From: a virus
Taxonomy: Duplodnaviria > Caudoviricetes
IMG/VR virus record: IMGVR_UViG_3300031605_000005
Coordinates: 1 to 46,146 of that record
Length of the DNA stretch: 46,146 nucleotides
Strand: one strand, 5' to 3'
Shown here: piece after piece, positions 39,808 through 46,146 of the stretch
Numbering within the stretch: position 1 is the stretch's first letter
How the letters are laid out: each line of letters opens with the position of its first letter
The notes under the pieces: model-generated
Database searches by the model: none
Told to the model about the DNA's origin: nothing
What the model saw: only the letters and a program-made list of their open reading frames with translations
Program-made: the position numbers and the translations under genes

Positions 39808-40170
39808 TTACAGGTCTCTTTGCTTTTGGTTTTTTCCTGCTTCGTCCCAGAAACTATCCATAAGGGTTTGCTTCTCTCCTTCGTCAGGAACATCCCTAGG
39901 GAACTCTTTCATTGTCCCCCCTCTCGAACCAGCAACTTCTCCCATTTTGTAGGATTTTGCATATACTTCGGTTTCTACCTCTAGTTTACTAATAGATGGT
40001 ATGCTTTGAGAACTCTCTTCAACTTCTTCAACCTCTTCTGGTTCTGGGTCGGGCATCTTACCCATTCTGGCAGCAGAAGCGTTCATTGGGTTTCCGCAAC
40101 TGCTACAAAATGACGGTGCTTTTGCAGAATACTCGCTCCCAGAGCCACATTTTCGACAATACATCTTCAT
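39808..40170 (-). CDS. Zinc-ribbon protein
   Basis: YCRKCG...FCSSCG; GTATAA 9 nt upstream. Confidence 0.75.
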   Translation of the reverse strand: MKMYCRKCGSGSEYSAKAPSFCSSCGNPMNASAARMGKMPDPEPEEVEEVEESSQSIPSISKLEVETEVYAKSYKMGEVAGSRGGTMKEFPRDVPDEGEKQTLMDSFWDEAGKNQKQRDL

Positions 40171-40234
40171 ACGCTTATATTATACTCATTTTCCGAAAGA
40201 TACTTCTATTTTTTAATGTGTAAATAGACATGAT

Positions 40235-40555
40235 ATGCCAAAGAGACCTTTTAAATTCAAAAACGCCGAAGGGGTTGAATACGAAGTTCTTTTTAGGAAG
40301 CCTAACAAAAGTCATCATGGGGAAGCGGATGGCGTTTGTTATGATCCAAATGATAAAAGTCCTAAAATTCATATAAGCCCTTATTTAACCCTCCAAAGTG
40401 AACTTAATACCTGTATTCATGAATTTGCCCATGCCTTCTTTTGGGACAAATCTGAACAAGATGTTTATTCTTTTGCTAACGCTCTTAGTCGGTTTCTTTA
40501 CACGGAAAGGCGATGGAGGAGAATTAAGAGGGATAGGAGTAGGGGGAAAAAGTGA
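40235..40555 (+). CDS. HExxH zincin-like metallopeptidase domain protein
   Basis: ADGVC...IHIS...NTCIHEFAHAF; GTGTAA 11 nt upstream on the plus strand. Confidence 0.75.
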   Translation: MPKRPFKFKNAEGVEYEVLFRKPNKSHHGEADGVCYDPNDKSPKIHISPYLTLQSELNTCIHEFAHAFFWDKSEQDVYSFANALSRFLYTERRWRRIKRDRSRGKK

Positions 40556-40776
40556 GAAATATGAAAACAGACGCAATACTGAACGAACTCAAAAAGCTAA
40601 GGAAATTAGTGGAAGAGTTAAGCAAATCAAGCATGAAGCTCATCGATGTAAGTGGGATGGGAAAGAGGGATGAGAGAGCGTGGAAAGTCGCCTACGACAT
40701 AAATCAATCCGCCCATGATATGCTGAGAACAATAGATAGAAACACATCGACTATCAAACACGAACGATCTGAGTGA
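40552..40776 (+). CDS. Hypothetical protein
   Basis: 74 aa, GTGA overlap with the preceding gene. Confidence 0.6.
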   Translation: MRNMKTDAILNELKKLRKLVEELSKSSMKLIDVSGMGKRDERAWKVAYDINQSAHDMLRTIDRNTSTIKHERSE

Positions 40777-40846
40777 AATGCCAAATATTCCGAGAGTAAT
40801 TCCGTTTTGGATCTGGGGCGTGATTATCGCCTTAGGTCTTGCCACG

Positions 40847-41611
40847 TCATTGTTCTAGCTTCTTAACTAAGAATCTACACAGCTTAGACCTCATAACGTC
40901 GTCAGAGGTAAATTGGAATGTATGTATTCCCATTTCCCTACTTTCTTCATCGTTGAAAGTACCCTCTAATTTTCGAAATGCGCCATCTTTACCAGTGTGT
41001 AGGTCTGTTTGCATTGGGTCGGCCAATACGAAGGCTCTACTGCCCTCTCCGAGCCTAGTAAGCACGGTTATGATCTCCTTGAGTGAACTGTTTTGCGCCT
41101 CATCTAGAATGACGCATTTGTCTTTCCAGTTCATTCCTCTAGCAAAGTTAACAGGGAACATACTGACTCTTCCTTCTTGCTCAAGTTTTTCTACTCTGGT
41201 TTCAGGCAAAAGTTCGTCAAGTTTATCAATAAATGGAAGATTATAAAACCTTAGCTTTTCTTCTGCGCTTCCCGGTAAAAACCCAAGTCTCGACTCTGAA
41301 GACTCCACAGCGGAGCGAAGATACATAATGTCACTTACTGCCTTTAGGTTCAGGAGTTGGAGTCCGCAATAAACAGATAGTAAAGTCTTACTACTTCCTG
41401 CTGGCCCATTAACAAACATTATTTTGGTATCTGGATTTAATGCTATTTTGAAAAAATCCTTTTGCCTATTTGTCCACGGGAGTTGGTTAACTTTTATTTT
41501 CCGTTTTATTGGATTTGAAATTACTGGCGAAGACGGCAGCAAATCATCGCTTATGTCTTGCCTTAGTTGTTGTTTCTCCTTTGCTCTGGAGACCTTTTTT
41601 CTTGTAGGCAT
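40847..41611 (-). CDS. phoH: PhoH-family ATPase (likely start MPTRKK at 41611)
   Basis: GPAGSSKT, LGFLPG, FARG, ILDEAQN, LTRLG and QTDL motifs. Confidence 0.92.
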   Translation of the reverse strand: MPTRKKVSRAKEKQQLRQDISDDLLPSSPVISNPIKRKIKVNQLPWTNRQKDFFKIALNPDTKIMFVNGPAGSSKTLLSVYCGLQLLNLKAVSDIMYLRSAVESSESRLGFLPGSAEEKLRFYNLPFIDKLDELLPETRVEKLEQEGRVSMFPVNFARGMNWKDKCVILDEAQNSSLKEIITVLTRLGEGSRAFVLADPMQTDLHTGKDGAFRKLEGTFNDEESREMGIHTFQFTSDDVMRSKLCRFLVKKLEQ

Positions 41612-41627
41612 TTCACACAAGCTTACA

Positions 41628-42353
41628 CTATGAAAACCAGCCTGTGATAGATATTCTTCCTTGTTTTGTTCCGGGCACTACTTGAGAAACAAAATGCGGA
41701 ACGCCGTTTCGGCTTACAATGTCGAACATTACAAGTCTATTAAAAGTTGGTTGGACCACCTTTTTTACGGTCCTGTAATCTTCCTCCATGAAAAATAAAT
41801 TTCCGCCCCATTCCGGCTTCCAATTTTTGGAAAGGCTGTATACGAACCCTATTTTACCCTTCTTGTTATCATGGTGTGGAGAAAGAAATTGACCCGCCCT
41901 ATATCTGCTGGCGAAAACTTCTTTGGGCTCACTTATATCCATTCCGGTAACGCCGTTTACAAATTTTAATAATTTCTCTGAGCTTATAAATTTTCGGAAC
42001 GCACATTCTTCGCATATGCAATTCTCAACGTGATCGTCGAGTGTTCTGTCGAAAGAATAGCAAAAGTTTTTTTCGTGGAACGAATTATTCGCCTGAAGCG
42101 TTAGGTCGTTACAAGTTTTAAGATTTTGAGTAAATCTTCTTGTATGTGTCACGCCCTCGTTGTACCCGCTGTCTTTGCCCCCTTTTGCTAGGGTGCTCGT
42201 ATACCACCAATGGTCAGGCATTTCCTTGGTGAAAAACTGGAAGAGCTTATCAGCATCTTCCGCGACCAAAAAGTCATATACCTCAATTGACCTTTGAGTT
42301 CCAAAAGAGGATTTTAGGTCGCTAGGGCTCAACTGAGGGTTAATAGCAAACAT
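41628..42353 (-). CDS. 2OG-Fe(II) oxygenase, EGL-9/Tpa1-like prolyl hydroxylase family
   Basis: YRAGQFLSPHHD (HxD), WKPEWGGNL, PTFNRLVMF, PHFVSQV (His), RISITGWF (RxS). Confidence 0.85.
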   Translation of the reverse strand: MFAINPQLSPSDLKSSFGTQRSIEVYDFLVAEDADKLFQFFTKEMPDHWWYTSTLAKGGKDSGYNEGVTHTRRFTQNLKTCNDLTLQANNSFHEKNFCYSFDRTLDDHVENCICEECAFRKFISSEKLLKFVNGVTGMDISEPKEVFASRYRAGQFLSPHHDNKKGKIGFVYSLSKNWKPEWGGNLFFMEEDYRTVKKVVQPTFNRLVMFDIVSRNGVPHFVSQVVPGTKQGRISITGWFS

Positions 42354-42359
42354 AAACAA

Positions 42360-42461
42360 TCAATTCCCAACAGCCCATGAGCCGTCGTCGTTCTGAGTGA
42401 AGGTATTCATAGGCTCTTCAGGTACTTCTCCTGAAACTGGGGTTTCTGGTTCTTCGGCCAT
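42360..42461 (-). CDS. Small acidic 33-aa peptide (not in ORF track)
   Basis: MAEEPETPVSGEVPEEPMNTFTQNDDGSWAVGN* fills the gap between two genes. Confidence 0.5.
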   Translation of the reverse strand: MAEEPETPVSGEVPEEPMNTFTQNDDGSWAVGN

Positions 42462-42463
42462 CC

Positions 42464-43231
42464 TTAGACTGTATTCACTCCTCTCTTCATAACAACCTGT
42501 GAAGCACAATCATTTGCAAACTTCATCATAGTCTCTACGTCGTCTCCCCTTGTGGAAGATACGGCAATAGCTGCAAAGAAAGTGTCCCCTGCTCCAGATA
42601 AGTCTTGGGCAACCACTTTGTTTTCGGGCGAATACATTTTACCCATATACAAGGCTCCCTTACATCCATGCGTAACAATCATCTGATCTGGTCTATTATA
42701 CGTACCTTCACCATGCGTCCGTGGGTTCAAGTGATGCTTCCAATGAGGATTTAACTCAAGCTCATATTCGTTTATTTTCAAATACTTTAGATTAACAGGC
42801 AAATCACAATCTATCTTAACCTTGTTGCTGTCTAGAAAAACATTATCGTGGTATTGGCATATATCACGAGTAGCACACGGACGAAGAAAACCTTTTCCGT
42901 AATTTGATACTAATACAGCGTCGTACTCGCCCCAAGGGACTTTCGTGTAATCAAATTTATCTTCTGATATGTCATTCTCATCAACCCTAAGCAACATCTG
43001 GTTGGTTTTTACATCTACATATCTGGTTTTTAATATTTCATTAGAATGAGTGATAATATCGCAGTCTACGCCTAATGCCTTCACATTGGCTTGTACGTTT
43101 TTGGTCATCCCCCCGTTCGTCTTCTCTTTTACGGGCATAAATACGGGCACAGGAGCTTCGGGGCAAATCCGTTCACATTTCCCATATATAAACTTATCAG
43201 TACAACTATCCCCTATAGCAAGAAACTTCAT
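42464..43231 (-). CDS. PfkB-family sugar kinase, RfaE/HldE domain I (heptose-7-phosphate kinase)-like
   Basis: IGDSCTDKFIYG, RICPEAPVPV, KTRY...QMLLRVD, DLSGAGDTF. Confidence 0.9.
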   Translation of the reverse strand: MKFLAIGDSCTDKFIYGKCERICPEAPVPVFMPVKEKTNGGMTKNVQANVKALGVDCDIITHSNEILKTRYVDVKTNQMLLRVDENDISEDKFDYTKVPWGEYDAVLVSNYGKGFLRPCATRDICQYHDNVFLDSNKVKIDCDLPVNLKYLKINEYELELNPHWKHHLNPRTHGEGTYNRPDQMIVTHGCKGALYMGKMYSPENKVVAQDLSGAGDTFFAAIAVSSTRGDDVETMMKFANDCASQVVMKRGVNTV

Positions 43232-43305
43232 CTTCTTCTGTTAAAGATAGTAGCTTCCCAATATTCCCGAAAGAACTTTTTTATATTTTCCCATCTTGCT
43301 TTCAT
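43228..43305 (-). CDS. Small 25-aa peptide (not in ORF track)
   Basis: MKARWENIKKFFREYWEATIFNRRR*; AAGGAGG RBS; ATGA overlap with the kinase gene. Confidence 0.55.
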   Translation of the reverse strand: MKARWENIKKFFREYWEATIFNRRR

Positions 43306-43401
43306 TTTTCCTCCTTGGTTATATACAAAAGCCAAATCATTAACCCAATTTGAGAAATTCCATTTCGACTCCTTTCGTCGTCACCAGAAATGTAATTGGA
43401 T

Positions 43402-43554
43402 TTAGCCCGAAAGACCACTGTCATGATCTTCATCACAGTTTTTACACCCGCAGTCAGCACATTCCTTACTGTGACACTCACACTCACAGTCTTTACTGCA
43501 ATCCGAACTACAATCGCACCGAAGTGCCCCGTTGATTTCCATCATATCTTTCAT
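43402..43554 (-). CDS. Metallothionein-like Cys-rich peptide (50 aa, not in ORF track)
   Basis: MKDMMEINGALRCDCSSDCSKDCECECHSKECADCGCKNCDEDHDSGLSG*: 10 Cys and 2 His; GTGTAA 12 nt upstream; ATG 4 nt after the upstream stop. Confidence 0.7.
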   Translation of the reverse strand: MKDMMEINGALRCDCSSDCSKDCECECHSKECADCGCKNCDEDHDSGLSG

Positions 43555-43558
43555 ATCA

Positions 43559-44506
43559 CTAATCACTTACACACTGAAATACCAGAATGGCCAACGCTAT
43601 GTCTTCTATTGCCACTCCTGTTGAGTCAAAGACAGAGATTCCCTTGTCTAATTGCATCGTTTTATGATTTCTTATCAAATTAGAAAGAGTCAGGACTTCT
43701 AAGTATGGCGAATCAACATATTGTAGCTCCCCCGAATGAAATGCTTGTATCGGATCATCGCAAATGATGTCTGCTGCTCTCTCCATTACTCTCCCATGAA
43801 GCTCCCTCTTACCAACTGCGTCAGCACCGACAGCGTTGATATGGCAACTACCTTTAATATGGTCGATGTCGAGATAAGGTGAGGTAGATGGCGTAAGAGT
43901 AGTAATGATGTCTGCATTTTTTAGTGATTCTTCCAAACTGCTGAATGTTTCTACGTTGTCGAACGATGCTTCCTTCCAGATTTTACTTTTTAGCCCCGAA
44001 AGTGCCTTTTCGTCCCTATCGTATAGTCTTACCTTCTCTAAATTTGGTAAGACTTCTCTATAAGCAAGGAAATGGTAGTATGCTTGTTTACCACACCCCA
44101 CAAATGAAATCTCTTTTGCCTCTTTTGCACAATATTTAGCTGCGATTGCAGAAACGGCTGCTGTACGGTATGCAGTAAGCGTTGAGCAGTCCATTGCGAT
44201 CAAAGGCTTGCCCGTAATTCTCTCATTCAAGATAAGTGAACCGATAGTTGTCGGAAGACCAAGGTTTCGATTCTCTGGAAACACCCCAATCCACTTCAAA
44301 GCAGCATATTGCCCCAAAGCTGCTGGCATCGCTCTGTAATCTCCCCCATTCCCCGCCTGAAGATAGGTTTTGGGAACCATCTCTGCCGTGGGATCAAGAA
44401 AAGCATCCTCTATGCACCGAATAATTTGTCCCCATCTTCCAAATCTATATCCCTTGTCGTCCCAATGAAGAATAGTCGATACTACAGAGTCATCTATGTA
44501 ATTCAT
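43559..44506 (-). CDS. Ornithine cyclodeaminase/mu-crystallin family (closest in motif to archaeal-type alanine dehydrogenase)
   Basis: PKTYL...GDYRAMPA...LKW...GLPT; LTAYRTAA; GCGKQA; HINAVGAD...KREL; FDSTGVAIED. Confidence 0.9.
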   Translation of the reverse strand: MNYIDDSVVSTILHWDDKGYRFGRWGQIIRCIEDAFLDPTAEMVPKTYLQAGNGGDYRAMPAALGQYAALKWIGVFPENRNLGLPTTIGSLILNERITGKPLIAMDCSTLTAYRTAAVSAIAAKYCAKEAKEISFVGCGKQAYYHFLAYREVLPNLEKVRLYDRDEKALSGLKSKIWKEASFDNVETFSSLEESLKNADIITTLTPSTSPYLDIDHIKGSCHINAVGADAVGKRELHGRVMERAADIICDDPIQAFHSGELQYVDSPYLEVLTLSNLIRNHKTMQLDKGISVFDSTGVAIEDIALAILVFQCVSD

Positions 44507-44706
44507 TGCTCGTCGTGTGGGTCTCCGTAGCCTATGTAAGTCCTTGGTCGTGTAGTAGCGTTCATTTCCTTATCTCTTTGTCTGCAAATATCCCATTGTT
44601 CCTGCTCATGGATGGTCTTGTAGTGCTCGCGTTTAAAAATACCCTTAACTAACACATCCCAGCACAACCTTATCCTAGTAGCCCAACTCAACGTGTCTTT
44701 ACTCAT
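44503..44706 (-). CDS. Hypothetical protein
   Basis: 67 aa overlapping both neighbours. Confidence 0.6.
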   Translation of the reverse strand: MSKDTLSWATRIRLCWDVLVKGIFKREHYKTIHEQEQWDICRQRDKEMNATTRPRTYIGYGDPHDEQ

Positions 44707-44872
44707 CTCGATTTTTGATGTTTGCTACTTTCTTGCCGTTCTTTGTCTCCACGAATCCCCATTTGCCCCGAATGTCGCAATACAACTCAACAAGCTTCTC
44801 GTCCGATAGCTCTGGATCAGTTATATAGTGAATTAGGAAGCTCTTGATCTCCTTCATGTCGTACTCGACCAT
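44699..44872 (-). CDS. Hypothetical protein (likely start MVEYDM at 44872)
   Basis: GTGTAT variant 8 nt upstream; this start avoids overlap with the DUF268 gene. Confidence 0.55.
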   Translation of the reverse strand: MVEYDMKEIKSFLIHYITDPELSDEKLVELYCDIRGKWGFVETKNGKKVANIKNRDE

Positions 44873-44921
44873 ACTAAAGTATACACCCAAAAAAAAAGTC
44901 CTCCACCGAATAGTGCTCGCC

Positions 44922-45671
44922 CTATTTAGCTCGTAATACGAAAATAGGCTGGCGACAGGAATGGGTGACCTCGAAATCTTCCTGTTTGAGAGAAGTGTAC
45001 AAAGTTTCATACCCCTCTAGGAGCTTTTCTAGTCTATGTGGCCCATATATCCTGTGTGCATTGAAGTCTATCAAATCGTGACCGACAGGGACCGCCAAAA
45101 TTAAGAGACCACCATCGTTAAGAATGTCGTTTTTTACGTCTTGCATCGATTTTAAGTCCCCATCTGGGTCTATAGGGTCTCCGTACCTCCCTAAACCGCT
45201 ATGTTCAAAAGAGGAGATTGATAAAGCTAGATCACGCTTTACAGGATTGCTCTTGTGTTCATCCACAGTAAGCACCGAAAGTCTTTCGTCGTCAGTTTCT
45301 ATCCTCGTATAGTCTATTGTTATCGGCTTCATATCATACGATAGACATAAGGACTCGTACCAAGGAATCTGCGAGCCCAAAATCACTATTTCTTTACCTT
45401 GAAGGTCGAAAACGTTATTTCCTATCCAATCGAGTCCGTCATACAGGTAGCCATCTGTTTCTCCGTAGTAGTTGTTTTCTCTGGCTGAAGCCTTTTCAAT
45501 GAATGCGTCTATGTCAGACTTGGCATAAAATGATTTCACTCTCTGCGTTGACTCGTCAACAAACCCATGACCGCCGTGAAGTGTTACCTTGGTCAATCCT
45601 CCATCTAAGAAACCTTCCCTAATACCCTCGTCTAGGTCTTCCCACCTCACTGGACCCTTAATCTGTTCCAT
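44922..45671 (-). CDS. DUF268-family SAM-methyltransferase-like protein
   Basis: VILGSQIPWYE, SISSFEHSGLGRYGDPIDPDGD, AVPVG...FNAHRIYG. Confidence 0.85.
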   Translation of the reverse strand: MEQIKGPVRWEDLDEGIREGFLDGGLTKVTLHGGHGFVDESTQRVKSFYAKSDIDAFIEKASARENNYYGETDGYLYDGLDWIGNNVFDLQGKEIVILGSQIPWYESLCLSYDMKPITIDYTRIETDDERLSVLTVDEHKSNPVKRDLALSISSFEHSGLGRYGDPIDPDGDLKSMQDVKNDILNDGGLLILAVPVGHDLIDFNAHRIYGPHRLEKLLEGYETLYTSLKQEDFEVTHSCRQPIFVLRAK

Positions 45672-45822
45672 TTGTACCTATATATATCCAAAAGCCCCTT
45701 TTTTCAAGGGGCCTCCCGGTATTTTTGGGCCTATGGTTATATGAGAAGCGACCTTTTGCTGGGGCAGAAAGAAAAAACCCCCCCACCACGCGCACAAAAA
45801 AATGTGGGTGCGCCGATTATCC

Positions 45823-45846
45823 AAAAAGCCACCCCGTTAGGGTAGC
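45823..45846 (-). terminator. Intrinsic terminator-like hairpin
   Basis: GCTACCCT-AAC-GGGGTGGC then TTTTT on the minus strand. Confidence 0.55.
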
Positions 45847-46071
45847 ACCCCCACCACCACCCCCCCCTATACTGTGTATTTAGGGCCACGAGGTTGCTCC
45901 CTGCGCTATTTAGGCGAGCATATTAGGGACGGACACCCCCGAAGGGTGAGAGAGCGAGAGAGAGAGCGGTCAAGAAATAAAAAAAAGAAAGAAAAAAAAG
46001 AAAAAAAAGAAAAAGAAAAAAAATAAAGCCTCGCGCCCGTGTATTTCACCCGCACACGCTTCCAACTGAGC

Positions 46072-46098
46072 AAAAAAAAACGCACCCCGAAGGGTGCG
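46072..46098 (-). terminator. Intrinsic terminator with UUCG tetraloop
   Basis: CGCACCC-TTCG-GGGTGCG then T9 on the minus strand. Confidence 0.8.
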
Positions 46099-46146
46099 CG
46101 TGAGGGACGTTGTGTTCTACCTCTGGGCTTGGGTGGCTTAGGCCAC

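Larger units (their letters stand above)
9192..43572. promoter_or_regulatory. Dispersed GTGTAA motif (putative phage late promoter), at least 12 gene-proximal copies
   Basis: Minus-strand copies at 9192, 15899, 21161, 24702, 28902, 29562, 31169, 31954, 35174, 41623 and 43567; plus-strand copy at 40218. All lie upstream of and co-oriented with a gene. Confidence 0.8.

Noticed and set aside
43302-43487. 61-aa ORF from the track (or a 43-aa version from 43433)
   Set aside because: Overlaps the better-supported Cys-rich ORF in another frame; a GTGTAA at 43442 leaves the short version possible but unsupported.
1-46146. Stop-codon reassignment, introns or inteins
   Set aside because: TAA, TAG and TGA all end well-formed genes; terminase, portal and capsid are uninterrupted and of normal size.

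Overview
This window is the late/morphogenesis half of a large tailed (siphovirus-like) phage genome. Almost all genes are on the minus strand. Read right to left it holds: a non-coding hairpin/A-tract end; auxiliary genes (DUF268 methyltransferase-like, ornithine cyclodeaminase/archaeal-type Ala dehydrogenase, a metallothionein-like peptide missed by the ORF track, RfaE-type heptose kinase, 2OG-Fe(II) prolyl-hydroxylase-like, PhoH); a sigma-70-family factor; an ERCC4 nuclease; terminase; portal; a tail-tube paralogue; a holin/spanin cassette; prohead protease-scaffold; decoration and major capsid proteins; two collagen-like fibres; a glycosyltransferase-sulfotransferase fusion; a nucleotidyltransferase; neck proteins; tail tube; chaperones; and a >3046-aa tape measure protein (9138 to <1) missing from the ORF track because it runs off the window. 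Main discoveries: (1) the tape measure protein carries two divergent protein-kinase domains bracketed by repeated [HFY][IV]P[SNG]F motifs and two homologous ~80-aa modules, suggesting a processed, injected effector polyprotein; (2) an antisense non-coding transcription unit (sigma70 promoter, rRNA-type boxB/boxA, manA-like RNA, CCA-ended stem, anti-Shine-Dalgarno-bearing terminal stem); (3) a GTGTAA motif just upstream of about a dozen starts, plausibly read by the phage sigma factor; (4) a possible collagen-fibre modification pathway. All protein calls come from motif recognition by eye; no database searches were run.
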